A stretch of 64,000 nt of DNA from Phaeosaccion multiseriatum (GCA_965112735.1 OZ218955.1:1-64000), one strand, 5' to 3'; numbered from the stretch's first letter, positions 1 to 13,766 are shown. Numbers and translations are program-made. Notes: a model not told the origin generated them from the sequence alone.

Positions 1-3000
1 GCCTGGCCCTGGCCTGGCCTGGCCCTGGCCTGGCCTGGCCTGGCCTGGCCTGGCCTGGCCTGGCCTGGCCAACCTGGCCCTAACCCTAACCCTAACCCTG
101 GCCTGGCCTGGCCTGGCCCCTGGCCTGGCCTGGCCTGGCCTGGCCTGGCCTGGCCTGGCCTGGCCCTGGCCCCTGGCCCTGGCCCTGGCCTGGCCTGGCC
201 TGGCCTGGCCCTGGCCCTGGCCCTGGCCTGGCCCTGGCCTGGCCTGGCCTGGCCCTGGCCTGGCCTGGCCTGGCCTGGCCTGGCCTGGCCTGGCCTGGCC
301 TGGCCTGGCCTGGCCTGGCCTGGCCTGGCCTGGCCTGGCCTGGCCTGGCCTGGCCTGGCCTGGCCTGGCCTGGCCTGGCCTGGCCTGGCCTGGCCTGGCC
401 TGGCCTGGCCTGGCCTGGCCTGGCCTGGCCTGGCCTGGCCTGGCCTGGCCTGGCCTGGCCTGGCCTGGCCTGGCCTGGCCTGGCCTGGCCTGGCCTGGCC
501 TGGCCTGGCCTGGCCTGGCCTGGCCTGGCCTGGCCTGGCCTGGCCTGGCCTGGCCTGGCCTGGCCTGGCCTGGCCTGGCCTGGCCTGGCCTGGCCTGGCC
601 TGGCCTGGCCTGGCCTGGCCTGGCCTGGCCTGGCCTGGCCTGGCCTGGCCTGGCCTGGCCTGGCCTGGCCTGGCCTGGCCTGGCCTGGCCTGGCCTGGCC
701 TGGCCTGGCCTGGCCTGGCCTGGCCTGGCCTGGCCTGGCCTGGCCTGGCCTGGCCTGGCCTGGCCTGGCCTGGCCTGGCCTGGCCTGGCCTGGCCTGGCC
801 TGGCCTGGCCTGGCCTGGCCTGGCCTGGCCTGGCCTGGCCTGGCCTGGCCTGGCCTGGCCTGGCCTGGCCTGGCCTGGCCTGGCCTGGCCTGGCCTGGCC
901 TGGCCTGGCCTGGCCTGGCCTGGCCTGGCCTGGCCTGGCCTGGCCTGGCCTGGCCTGGCCTGGCCTGGCCTGGCCTGGCCTGGCCTGGCCTGGCCTGGCC
1001 TGGCCTGGCCTGGCCTGGCCTGGCCTGGCCTGGCCTGGCCTGGCCTGGCCTGGCCTGGCCTGGCCTGGCCTGGCCTGGCCTGGCCTGGCCTGGCCTGGCC
1101 TGGCCTGGCCTGGCCTGGCCTGGCCTGGCCTGGCCTGGCCTGGCCTGGCCTGGCCTGGCCTGGCCTGGCCTGGCCTGGCCTGGCCTGGCCTGGCCTGGCC
1201 TGGCCTGGCCTGGCCTGGCCTGGCCTGGCCTGGCCTGGCCTGGCCTGGCCTGGCCTGGCCTGGCCTGGCCTGGCCTGGCCTGGCCTGGCCTGGCCTGGCC
1301 TGGCCTGGCCTGGCCTGGCCTGGCCTGGCCTGGCCTGGCCTGGCCTGGCCTGGCCTGGCCTGGCCTGGCCTGGCCTGGCCTGGCCTGGCCTGGCCTGGCC
1401 TGGCCTGGCCTGGCCTGGCCTGGCCTGGCCTGGCCTGGCCTGGCCTGGCCTGGCCTGGCCTGGCCTGGCCTGGCCTGGCCTGGCCTGGCCTGGCCTGGCC
1501 TGGCCTGGCCTGGCCTGGCCTGGCCTGGCCTGGCCTGGCCTGGCCTGGCCTGGCCTGGCCTGGCCTGGCCTGGCCTGGCCTGGCCTGGCCTGGCCTGGCC
1601 TGGCCTGGCCTGGCCTGGCCTGGCCTGGCCTGGCCTGGCCTGGCCTGGCCTGGCCTGGCCTGGCCTGGCCTGGCCTGGCCTGGCCTGGCCTGGCCTGGCC
1701 TGGCCTGGCCTGGCCTGGCCTGGCCTGGCCTGGCCTGGCCTGGCCTGGCCTGGCCTGGCCTGGCCTGGCCTGGCCTGGCCTGGCCTGGCCTGGCCTGGCC
1801 TGGCCTGGCCTGGCCTGGCCTGGCCTGGCCTGGCCTGGCCTGGCCTGGCCTGGCCTGGCCTGGCCTGGCCTGGCCTGGCCTGGCCTGGCCTGGCCTGGCC
1901 TGGCCTGGCCTGGCCTGGCCTGGCCTGGCCTGGCCTGGCCTGGCCTGGCCTGGCCTGGCCTGGCCTGGCCTGGCCTGGCCTGGCCTGGCCTGGCCTGGCC
2001 TGGCCTGGCCTGGCCTGGCCTGGCCTGGCCTGGCCTGGCCTGGCCTGGCCTGGCCTGGCCTGGCCTGGCCTGGCCTGGCCTGGCCTGGCCTGGCCTGGCC
2101 TGGCCTGGCCTGGCCTGGCCTGGCCTGGCCTGGCCTGGCCTGGCCTGGCCTGGCCTGGCCTGGCCTGGCCTGGCCTGGCCTGGCCTGGCCTGGCCTGGCC
2201 TGGCCTGGCCTGGCCTGGCCTGGCCTGGCCTGGCCTGGCCTGGCCTGGCCTGGCCTGGCCTGGCCTGGCCTGGCCTGGCCTGGCCTGGCCTGGCCTGGCC
2301 TGGCCTGGCCTGGCCTGGCCTGGCCTGGCCTGGCCTGGCCTGGCCTGGCCTGGCCTGGCCTGGCCTGGCCTGGCCTGGCCTGGCCTGGCCTGGCCTGGCC
2401 TGGCCTGGCCTGGCCTGGCCTGGCCTGGCCTGGCCTGGCCTGGCCTGGCCTGGCCTGGCCTGGCCTGGCCTGGCCTGGCCTGGCCTGGCCTGGCCTGGCC
2501 TGGCCTGGCCTGGCCTGGCCTGGCCTGGCCTGGCCTGGCCTGGCCTGGCCTGGCCTGGCCTGGCCTGGCCTGGCCTGGCCTGGCCTGGCCTGGCCTGGCC
2601 TGGCCTGGCCTGGCCTGGCCTGGCCTGGCCTGGCCTGGCCTGGCCTGGCCTGGCCTGGCCTGGCCTGGCCTGGCCTGGCCTGGCCTGGCCTGGCCTGGCC
2701 TGGCCTGGCCTGGCCTGGCCTGGCCTGGCCTGGCCTGGCCTGGCCTGGCCTGGCCTGGCCTGGCCTGGCCTGGCCTGGCCTGGCCTGGCCTGGCCTGGCC
2801 TGGCCTGGCCTGGCCTGGCCTGGCCTGGCCTGGCCTGGCCTGGCCTGGCCTGGCCTGGCCTGGCCTGGCCTGGCCTGGCCTGGCCTGGCCTGGCCTGGCC
2901 TGGCCTGGCCTGGCCTGGCCTGGCCTGGCCTGGCCTGGCCTGGCCTGGCCTGGCCTGGCCTGGCCTGGCCTGGCCTGGCCTGGCCTGGCCTGGCCTGGCC

Positions 3001-6000
3001 TGGCCTGGCCTGGCCTGGCCTGGCCTGGCCTGGCCTGGCCTGGCCTGGCCTGGCCTGGCCTGGCCTGGCCTGGCCTGGCCTGGCCTGGCCTGGCCTGGCC
3101 TGGCCTGGCCTGGCCTGGCCTGGCCTGGCCTGGCCTGGCCTGGCCTGGCCTGGCCTGGCCTGGCCTGGCCTGGCCTGGCCTGGCCTGGCCTGGCCTGGCC
3201 TGGCCTGGCCTGGCCTGGCCTGGCCTGGCCTGGCCTGGCCTGGCCTGGCCTGGCCTGGCCTGGCCTGGCCTGGCCTGGCCTGGCCTGGCCTGGCCTGGCC
3301 TGGCCTGGCCTGGCCTGGCCTGGCCTGGCCTGGCCTGGCCTGGCCTGGCCTGGCCTGGCCTGGCCTGGCCTGGCCTGGCCTGGCCTGGCCTGGCCTGGCC
3401 TGGCCTGGCCTGGCCTGGCCTGGCCTGGCCTGGCCTGGCCTGGCCTGGCCTGGCCTGGCCTGGCCTGGCCTGGCCTGGCCTGGCCTGGCCTGGCCTGGCC
3501 TGGCCTGGCCTGGCCTGGCCTGGCCTGGCCTGGCCTGGCCTGGCCTGGCCTGGCCTGGCCTGGCCTGGCCTGGCCTGGCCTGGCCTGGCCTGGCCTGGCC
3601 TGGCCTGGCCTGGCCTGGCCTGGCCTGGCCTGGCCTGGCCTGGCCTGGCCTGGCCTGGCCTGGCCTGGCCTGGCCTGGCCTGGCCTGGCCTGGCCTGGCC
3701 TGGCCTGGCCTGGCCTGGCCTGGCCTGGCCTGGCCTGGCCTGGCCTGGCCTGGCCTGGCCTGGCCTGGCCTGGCCTGGCCTGGCCTGGCCTGGCCTGGCC
3801 TGGCCTGGCCTGGCCTGGCCTGGCCTGGCCTGGCCTGGCCTGGCCTGGCCTGGCCTGGCCTGGCCTGGCCTGGCCTGGCCTGGCCTGGCCTGGCCTGGCC
3901 TGGCCTGGCCTGGCCTGGCCTGGCCTGGCCTGGCCTGGCCTGGCCTGGCCTGGCCTGGCCTGGCCTGGCCTGGCCTGGCCTGGCCTGGCCTGGCCTGGCC
4001 TGGCCTGGCCTGGCCTGGCCTGGCCTGGCCTGGCCTGGCCTGGCCTGGCCTGGCCTGGCCTGGCCTGGCCTGGCCTGGCCTGGCCTGGCCTGGCCTGGCC
4101 TGGCCTGGCCTGGCCTGGCCTGGCCTGGCCTGGCCTGGCCTGGCCTGGCCTGGCCTGGCCTGGCCTGGCCTGGCCTGGCCTGGCCTGGCCTGGCCTGGCC
4201 TGGCCTGGCCTGGCCTGGCCTGGCCTGGCCTGGCCTGGCCTGGCCTGGCCTGGCCTGGCCTGGCCTGGCCTGGCCTGGCCTGGCCTGGCCTGGCCTGGCC
4301 TGGCCTGGCCTGGCCTGGCCTGGCCTGGCCTGGCCTGGCCTGGCCTGGCCTGGCCTGGCCTGGCCTGGCCTGGCCTGGCCTGGCCTGGCCTGGCCTGGCC
4401 TGGCCTGGCCTGGCCTGGCCTGGCCTGGCCTGGCCTGGCCTGGCCTGGCCTGGCCTGGCCTGGCCTGGCCTGGCCTGGCCTGGCCTGGCCTGGCCTGGCC
4501 TGGCCTGGCCTGGCCTGGCCTGGCCTGGCCTGGCCTGGCCTGGCCTGGCCTGGCCTGGCCTGGCCTGGCCTGGCCTGGCCTGGCCTGGCCTGGCCTGGCC
4601 TGGCCTGGCCTGGCCTGGCCTGGCCTGGCCTGGCCTGGCCTGGCCTGGCCTGGCCTGGCCTGGCCTGGCCTGGCCTGGCCTGGCCTGGCCTGGCCTGGCC
4701 TGGCCTGGCCTGGCCTGGCCTGGCCTGGCCTGGCCTGGCCTGGCCTGGCCTGGCCTGGCCTGGCCTGGCCTGGCCTGGCCTGGCCTGGCCTGGCCTGGCC
4801 TGGCCTGGCCTGGCCTGGCCTGGCCTGGCCTGGCCTGGCCTGGCCTGGCCTGGCCTGGCCTGGCCTGGCCTGGCCTGGCCTGGCCTGGCCTGGCCTGGCC
4901 TGGCCTGGCCTGGCCTGGCCTGGCCTGGCCTGGCCTGGCCTGGCCTGGCCTGGCCTGGCCTGGCCTGGCCTGGCCTGGCCTGGCCTGGCCTGGCCTGGCC
5001 TGGCCTGGCCTGGCCTGGCCTGGCCTGGCCTGGCCTGGCCTGGCCTGGCCTGGCCTGGCCTGGCCTGGCCTGGCCTGGCCTGGCCTGGCCTGGCCTGGCC
5101 TGGCCTGGCCTGGCCTGGCCTGGCCTGGCCTGGCCTGGCCTGGCCTGGCCTGGCCTGGCCTGGCCTGGCCTGGCCTGGCCTGGCCTGGCCTGGCCTGGCC
5201 TGGCCTGGCCTGGCCTGGCCTGGCCTGGCCTGGCCTGGCCTGGCCTGGCCTGGCCTGGCCTGGCCTGGCCTGGCCTGGCCTGGCCTGGCCTGGCCTGGCC
5301 TGGCCTGGCCTGGCCTGGCCTGGCCTGGCCTGGCCTGGCCTGGCCTGGCCTGGCCTGGCCTGGCCTGGCCTGGCCTGGCCTGGCCTGGCCTGGCCTGGCC
5401 TGGCCTGGCCTGGCCTGGCCTGGCCTGGCCTGGCCTGGCCTGGCCTGGCCTGGCCTGGCCTGGCCTGGCCTGGCCTGGCCTGGCCTGGCCTGGCCTGGCC
5501 TGGCCTGGCCTGGCCTGGCCTGGCCTGGCCTGGCCTGGCCTGGCCTGGCCTGGCCTGGCCTGGCCTGGCCTGGCCTGGCCTGGCCTGGCCTGGCCTGGCC
5601 TGGCCTGGCCTGGCCTGGCCTGGCCTGGCCTGGCCTGGCCTGGCCTGGCCTGGCCTGGCCTGGCCTGGCCTGGCCTGGCCTGGCCTGGCCTGGCCTGGCC
5701 TGGCCTGGCCTGGCCTGGCCTGGCCTGGCCTGGCCTGGCCTGGCCTGGCCTGGCCTGGCCTGGCCTGGCCTGGCCTGGCCTGGCCTGGCCTGGCCTGGCC
5801 TGGCCTGGCCTGGCCTGGCCTGGCCTGGCCTGGCCTGGCCTGGCCTGGCCTGGCCTGGCCTGGCCTGGCCTGGCCTGGCCTGGCCTGGCCTGGCCTGGCC
5901 TGGCCTGGCCTGGCCTGGCCTGGCCTGGCCTGGCCTGGCCTGGCCTGGCCTGGCCTGGCCTGGCCTGGCCTGGCCTGGCCTGGCCTGGCCTGGCCTGGCC

Positions 6001-6998
6001 TGGCCTGGCCTGGCCTGGCCTGGCCTGGCCTGGCCTGGCCTGGCCTGGCCTGGCCTGGCCTGGCCTGGCCTGGCCTGGCCTGGCCTGGCCTGGCCTGGCC
6101 TGGCCTGGCCTGGCCTGGCCTGGCCTGGCCTGGCCTGGCCTGGCCTGGCCTGGCCTGGCCTGGCCTGGCCTGGCCTGGCCTGGCCTGGCCTGGCCTGGCC
6201 TGGCCTGGCCTGGCCTGGCCTGGCCTGGCCTGGCCTGGCCTGGCCTGGCCTGGCCTGGCCTGGCCTGGCCTGGCCTGGCCTGGCCTGGCCTGGCCTGGCC
6301 TGGCCTGGCCTGGCCTGGCCTGGCCTGGCCTGGCCTGGCCTGGCCTGGCCTGGCCTGGCCTGGCCTGGCCTGGCCTGGCCTGGCCTGGCCTGGCCTGGCC
6401 TGGCCTGGCCTGGCCTGGCCTGGCCTGGCCTGGCCTGGCCTGGCCTGGCCTGGCCTGGCCTGGCCTGGCCTGGCCTGGCCTGGCCTGGCCTGGCCTGGCC
6501 TGGCCTGGCCTGGCCTGGCCTGGCCTGGCCTGGCCTGGCCTGGCCTGGCCTGGCCTGGCCTGGCCTGGCCTGGCCTGGCCTGGCCTGGCCTGGCCTGGCC
6601 TGGCCTGGCCTGGCCTGGCCTGGCCTGGCCTGGCCTGGCCTGGCCTGGCCTGGCCTGGCCTGGCCTGGCCTGGCCTGGCCTGGCCTGGCCTGGCCTGGCC
6701 TGGCCTGGCCTGGCCTGGCCTGGCCTGGCCTGGCCTGGCCTGGCCTGGCCTGGCCTGGCCTGGCCTGGCCTGGCCTGGCCTGGCCTGGCCTGGCCTGGCC
6801 TGGCCTGGCCTGGCCTGGCCTGGCCTGGCCTGGCCTGGCCTGGCCTGGCCTGGCCTGGCCTGGCCTGGCCTGGCCTGGCCTGGCCTGGCCTGGCCTGGCC
6901 TGGCCTGGCCTGGCCTGGCCTGGCCTGGCCTGGCCTGGCCCTGGCCTGGCCTGGCCTGGCCTGGCCTGGCCCTAACCCTAACCCTGGCCTAGGCCTGG
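1..6998 (+). repeat. Terminal (CCTGG)n array with CCCTGG and CCCTAA units at its ends; telomere, probably basecaller-corrupted (CCCTAA)n
   Basis: Pure CCTGG from about 260 to 6940. Three CCCTAA units at 78-95 and two at 6970-6981, CCCTGG variants at both ends, and the array runs directly into canonical CCCTAA. Confidence 0.9.
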
Positions 6999-7100
6999 CC
7001 CTAACCCTAACCCTAACCCTAACCCTAACCCTAACCCTAACCCTAACCCTAACCCTAACCCTAACCCTAACCCTAACCCTAACCCTAACCCTAACCCTAA
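6999..7100 (+). repeat. Canonical telomeric repeat (CCCTAA)17 (TTAGGG type), left chromosome end
   Basis: 17 perfect CCCTAA units, with the C-rich strand at the 5' end of the sequence. Confidence 0.95.
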
Positions 7101-7927
7101 GGCACTGCAGGGGGTTCTGAAACTAAGAACATTGCTGAGGGCAAGGCCGAGAGATGTGGTGAAGCTGGGGCAGGCTCAATTACGTAATATTAGGTAGGCA
7201 GGACAGTAAGTCAATGATGTGGGACGCGGCCTTTTTAGGGCCTGGTTGGCCGCTCCGCACTCCTGAACCCGATAAGACCAAGTGGATAGGTCTCATTAAA
7301 CAAGGAGGCTGTCCAGGTTCTTAGGGTGGGATAGCCCTTGTTATCAATATACTTGGTGCCAGCATTGGACTCTTCTCTTCTCGCTCCCCTATTGGGACCG
7401 CGAACGCAGCGCTCAGCTTGGGGGTGCCTTCCTCCTCTTAATAGAGGGAGGTACCGGCCCCACAGAGAGCGAAGGGCACTGCTGCCGCTGCTCCGAAGGG
7501 CAAGAGGACGAGGAAGACCCAAACATCCGTAACTGTATTCGGGTGCCATCTAAAAATCGAGCATCGGCTCGTACTTGAGGGCTCTTTTGTACCAGAGCAT
7601 TACCAGTGAGGAACAGCACACAGGATTCACCCCAATACACCGCACACGAGTTTTGGGTATCAACACCCTCGTTTGGAGACTTGAGACCAATCGCTAGCTA
7701 CAGCTCGCACAACGCACAAAGTCCACATGGCGCCCACAGGAGTAAGCCCCAAGTTCGATGTGTGTGTCTCTATCTATTGTCTATGCTCGCTATTCTTTCA
7801 CAATCACATCTCTGTGCATTTCATTGCGTCCCTCGAGTTCCAAAAAGTCACAAATCGGATACAAATGCCGATGGCGTGAGGGCTCAGGCGAGGGGATGGC
7901 AGTGGATGGGCGGCTCAGAAGGGCGCC

Positions 7928-10900
7928 TCAGAAGGGCGCCAGGCCGGAGAGGGGCGGGTCTGAGAAACAGAGCAGAGTGAAGGGCGCCTCCACTGGGGCG
8001 AAGGTACTGACGACCGCCACATATCGCCGGCCTGGCTCAAAGTGTAGCTCGAACAGGGGCGTGGCCGTGCCGCACACGCTGTCCATGTACACGCCGCCGC
8101 AAGAGGTCGAGGCCGCGGGAGGGGGGCTCGCCAAGGAACTGTCCTTGCTGGGCTTGGCGCGGGGGTTGAGCTGGGGGGGGGGGAGGGAGGAAGGGGCAGG
8201 GCAAGGCAGAGGAGCAAAGGGGGGAGAGCAGAAGTGAGGGAGGAGGAATACCTGTGCCGCTCAACAGACGCAGACACAGGCACAGGCACACACTCGCGCG
8301 CACACCCTGACGCACACCCTGGCGCACCAAGGCTCCCATCGTATCAGCTGCTCACCTGGCCTCGCTCGTCCACGGGGTACACGGCGACATTCATGGCCGG
8401 CCTCCCCTCGGGAAAAGGGCCCGCCCCCTCGGGGACGAGCAGGCGCAGCAGCACCCTGGTGGGCCTCTGCTGCGCCCCCCCTCCCGGCCGCAGCTCGAAC
8501 TTTGGATTGTCGAGGTATCGGCCGTGGTTGCTGCACCCCGCCGCGGAGCCGCTCAAGTGGTCCCAGCGCCCCTGCACTGTCTGCTCAACCATGCCGGCTC
8601 CCTCGGGCAGCAGCCGCCGGACTACTGGGGGGGCTGGGCCCTCGCTGGCCGTTTCCGTGTGCGAGATGGTGAGGAGGAAGTTGCCCTCCTGCCCGGCGCG
8701 GAAGGTGCTGCGGGGAGGGGGTTTCAGTTTCGGTTAGATCGTTAGCACATGCCAAGGCCTGCATCGCCATGCTCCGCCTTTGAGAGCGAAGGGGCGCACT
8801 CCCCGTACCTCCGATGCCCCTACCTCCCTGCCGTCTGCGGCCACCCCCCCCTCCCTGCTCCCTCCCTGCTCACCTCACGACGATCACATAGGTTCCCGGT
8901 TCCACGGTCCCCTCGGCGCAGCAGAAGCCCTCTCGGTACGCGCCGCTGCCGACTACCTCTTGCTCACGATCCACAGAGTCCACGCGGAGGGCCTCTCCTC
9001 CCTCCGTTCTGAGGAGCATGAAGTTAACTGAGTAGTCTTTGGGGGCCTGCAGCTGGATGTGCAGCCTCTGCGTGCGGCTCAGTGTGACGCTCCACTGCGG
9101 GTTGAGGCGGAAGCCCGCCCTCCCCAAACCGCCCCCCGCCGTGGATGAGTCCCAACTGCCAGCGATGGCCTGTAGGGCGGCGGGCCAGTGGGATGGCAGT
9201 GGAGGGGAACGGGTTGAGAGTTCGATCGCACCTACAGCACCCCCACAAACTCACTCACGCACTCACTCACTCACTCACTTACGCACTCACGCACCCAGTC
9301 ACTTCCTCACTCACTTACTCACTCTCTCCCTCACTCATTCCCTCTCTCACTCACGCATCCTCTCACTCACTCACTAACTCACTCTCTCGCTCAGTCCCTC
9401 CCCTCCCTCACCCACTCACTCACCCATTCCCTCACTCACTCACTCACTCACTCACTCACTCACCTGTTGGCGGTTGCCTGCGGGCGGCAGCGGCGCGAGT
9501 TTAAAGAGCGCAGTGCAAGACACGTTGAGTGTGTAGCGAAGGTCACGGAGCTTCTCGTACTGGGACACAACCAGCGTGTAGCGTCGGCTGGGGGGGGAGC
9601 CGGCGGCATCTTTACACTCCCCCTCGGGGTCCTGCCCTTGGGGGGGCAGCTCGAAGCGCACCAGCGTGTGGGGGTTGTTGGTGAAGGCTCCCTGGTACAT
9701 GGGCTTGCCCGGGTAGTACACGCGCCGCCCTTAGAGAGGAGGGGGGTGGGCAGTTGAAGAGACCCATCAGTTTGTGTGTATATCCAATCGACCGATCGCG
9801 TCTCTCCTCCCCCCCCCCCATCCACTGCCATAGTCTCTCCTCCCCCCCCGCCCACCTGCCTGCTCCCCGTCGTATACAAGCAGTGTGAGGAAGTCCCCCC
9901 CCTCGTCGTCGTCGTCGTCCCTCTCCACGCGCGTCACATGCCGACTGAGAAGCATCCACACCGTCACCGTGGACGCCTTCCCTCCCTGCCCTGCAGGGGT
10001 CTGAGGGGGGTAGGTGACGACAAGCGAGTACTGCGGGTTGCTGCCCACGGTGTACCTGTCGCTCTTGGGGCCTTGTGTGACGGGCCAAAGGGCGTGCAGC
10101 ACTGTCCTGTAGGCGAAGAGGGAGGGGTTCCAATTCATAAACACGTTGGAGAAGTAGCGAAGCACGGAGGGGAAGTCTATCCAGAACACGCCGTTGTCCT
10201 CCAGCCGCGCGGCGTGCACGTCGTATGCGAAGGCCTTCTTGAGCGCCTCCGTCCATCGCCCCCCCTGCCCGACGTCCTCCACAGAGTAGTGCCCCCTCCA
10301 GCGCTTGCGGGCCCAGGGGTTCTTCACCTGGCCACGCACGCACACACACATACAACACACACACACACGCACACACACGCACAGACCAGACAGAGATTTG
10401 GGGATTGGGCTTCTTTCCAGAGAGGAGGGGGGCAACAAGGGCACCCACCCACAACTCCATCCACTGCCATCCCCACACCTGCAGGAAGCGGATGCCCAGG
10501 GCCTCCCTCACGTCTAGGACTGCATACGCGTGGCTCGGCACCAGCCCCAGCCTGTCCGCCTCCTCCTCCTCGAGGCGGTCTGTGGACACGGTAATGAGGC
10601 AATCCCCGAACTTGTGCGCGCTCAGCAGCCGCTCCCACACGCGGCTGGCGGGCTGGTAGTTGTCCAGGGGGAGGCTCTTGCCGTCCCTCGCCCCTCCCCG
10701 GCCGCTGCCGCTGCTGCTGCTGCCGTTGCGTTTGCGGTGCTCCTCGAACATAATCTTCTCAGGCAGCCTGAAGACACGCGCGAGGGAGGCCGAGAGGGAC
10801 AGTCAGTCGGTAGTCACGTGTCCGGCGTAAGGCCCAGCGGAGGGAGATTCCCTCAGCTGCCATCAACTCACTCACCACCCGGTGAGGGCGAAGAGGTCGA

Positions 10901-13766
10901 TGCCAGAGTTAGAGCCGGGAAAGTCGTAGCCGCCATTGACTTTCATGTACGCCTTCTCGATTATCGATACCTGGCAGGCATATAGGGGATAGCAATGGAT
11001 GGTTGAGTCAGTCAGTTGGACGACCGCCTGGCTGTCAGTTGCGATTCCCTCCTGCCTCACCCAGAGCTCGCTGGGGTCGTTACTCTTGGAGCAGAGCAGC
11101 TGCCCCTTGTTGCCCACGGGAAGGCGATCGTCCACTACCACCTTGCGCACGACCCCTGCAGGGCGGAAGGATGGCAGTGGATGGGGTGAGGGGGGGGGGC
11201 TCAGGGAGGCAAGGGTAGCCCTACACGCTTGCAAGCCCTCAGCAGGGCGCTTGTAGCATGCACTTACTCACTTCCTTATAGACTCACCGTTGATCCACAG
11301 CTTGACCATGTACTTTCCGTCGGGGTTGTACACCGGTACGCCCCTCTTGTCCTGCGGAAAGATGATGTTGGTGATGAGGGGCCTCTTGTGGCGCTGCTCG
11401 TAAGCGCTGGTGATACACAGGCTGGCCACGAAGGAGCAGTCGCCGATCATGTCCTGTGTGATGCTGAGGGGGTAGGAGGGTTGGGGCGATGGCACCCAAC
11501 GGGGCGTGGCGAGGTGGGCTCTTACCTGTAAGGCGTGATGTTCTTGATCATCGCCAGAGAGGCCCGCGACGCGTCCCCAGAGGCCTCCAACATCTCGCTG
11601 GGCCTGCGTACGTGCGTTTGTGTGTGCGTGTGTGCGTGGGTGCGTGTGTGCGTGGGTGCGTGTGTGCGTGTGGGCGTGTGGGGGGTTTGGTTTGGCTCGG
11701 GTTAGGGTCAGAGAGAGAGTGGCGGGTAGGGCAGGGCTCGTATGCGTTCTCCCCTCCGGCCCCGAGAGGGGAGAGGGGAGGGGAAGGGAGGCGGGAAGGT
11801 GCAGGACATTTGCCTCTCGACACAACACCGCACGGTATGGAGCGCCCCTCGGGGAAGAGGCAGCAACACAGAGAGTGGACAGTGGAGAGTATCAGCCTCA
11901 TCTTGCCCCCCGCTCGCCGCCCCCCCCCCTTGCGGCGGATGGAGCACATCTGCCCGGCGGCCTCTCTGCGTCTCTCTCTGCGTCTCTGGCTGCCCCCCCC
12001 GATCCAACCTCACCCACTGCAATCCAGTACCATCCACTGCCATCCACTACCATCCTCCTGGGCTCGCACCTCTTGAAGGCGGCGAATTTCTTCTTCTGCG
12101 ACTCCCCTAAAGCGAGCAGGCCGTCGGGATCCTCCCATTTGCCGCCGCCGGCAAAGTGAAACTTCTCCAGCCTGAGCAGGTGGTGATACGGACAGGGCAG
12201 GGCAGGGCAGGGCAGGGCAGGGCAGGGCAGGGCAGGGCAGCGCAGAGCTGAGTGTAGCTGAGCTTAAGGCGTTGGGGGCGCAACATTTGCCCCACCAAGC
12301 AAGTAAGCACGTCAGGGGGTGTTTTGCGTGAAGCCGACCCAAGGGCGTGCTCAACGTGGGGCGGACGCGGCCTCCACGCTCCGTCGCCCGAACCGGACAA
12401 AGGAGAGCTGCCCGCGCATGATGCCACTCGCAAACCCACTCGCTCACTCACTCACTGACTTACTCACCGGCCGTCCTCCTCTAGCCATGGCATGAAGATG
12501 AGTCCGTTGACGCGAGACGAGTCCCGCAGCACGGCAATCTCGTCAGAGGTGAGGTCACTCTTCGTGCTCCTTGGCCGGGCCTTAGGCCTCGCTGGGGCAG
12601 CAGGGGCGGCAGTTGGTGGTACAGCGGCAGGGGCGGCAGGGGCAGAGTACACGTCAAGCCCCTCCTTGATGTGCTCCGCTTTGGTGAGAGCATCGAGGGC
12701 CTTTCGTTGCCAGGTCTGTAGCAGCTCTGCGGGCAGGCGAGAGCCTTCACCCGTGAGCGAGAGAGGGGGAGAAGGGGAGAGGGGGAGGAGGAGGAACGGG
12801 GGGTACGGAGGAGGAGGAGGTCCTCGTAAGAAGGGGGCTTGAACGAGGGAAAGGGAAGGTCAAAGTCGGCGCCGCGCCAACATGCAGGACCAGGAACCGA
12901 GAGCGCCTCGTTAGCACTTCACTTGCCCTCCTTCTGCCTTGTTAGCACTTCACATACCCTCCTACTGCCTTGTCAGCACTTCACTTGCCCTCCTCCTCTC
13001 GACAAGGCACACGATGCACCCCCTCTCCTTGCCCGGCTTGGGTCCCCCCCACACACACCTTGGGCCTTGCACAGTCCCATGTAGGCGGCGATGCCCTCCT
13101 TGTAGGCTTCCACCGCGCCGTGTTCGTAGCCCTTCCCGTGCAGCTCCTCGGCTTGCCTCAGCAGGAGAGCGGCAGGGGCCTCAAGGGCCTCAAGGGCCTC
13201 CGAAGATAGGGTCCTGCCCTGCCCGTACGACTGCCCCTGACCCGGCTCGGGGGGGGGACTTGCTGAGGCCTTGGCGCCCCCCTGAGGGACGCCATGTGGA
13301 GCCTCTGGCAGCTCTTCCCATGCGGAGGGAGAGGGAGCAGCTGCTGCTCCGCTTCGTATCTGCGCTATTCGAGCTCGCCACTTTTGCACTTCTTCCTCCA
13401 GAAGGGCCCTGTTGGCGGCGCTCGCTGTCCCTGCAGCCTGCGGGTCAGAGGGGTCGTGTGGCGGTCAGGGGGGTACGAGAGCAATAGGGAGGGACAAATC
13501 TGGGACCTTGAGAGAGGAGAGCAACAGGGAGGGAGGGGCCAATCTGCGACCCAGAGATCCAGACCGCGAGATGAAGACATAAGTACAGATATCGCTACGA
13601 ACAAGAGGAGAGGAGGTTCCGCGCACCCACCCCGCACCTTGTCGAAGCAGCCCACGCCCTCTTCGTAGAGAGGCAGCGCCTCCCTCTCCTTGCCCTGCTT
13701 ATCCAGGTCCCTCGCAGACTCCAGCGCCGCGAAGCCCAGCTCCAGGAAGTCGCTCTTCTTCGCCAT
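7928..13766 (-). CDS. CAPN7: Calpain-7/PalB-like cysteine protease (MIT-MIT-CysPc-calpain III domains), multi-exon
   Basis: N-terminal MIT-like helices ([24 protein letters not shown]; [24 protein letters not shown]). Catalytic Cys in [13 protein letters not shown], His in [13 protein letters not shown], Asn in VKNPW. Also [28 protein letters not shown] and C2L-type NPQY/NPQW/NPKF segments. Stop at 7928. Confidence 0.92.

Noticed and set aside
7235-7980. Short ORFs next to the telomere
   Set aside because: No recognisable motifs or consistent frame; not called as CDS or TE.
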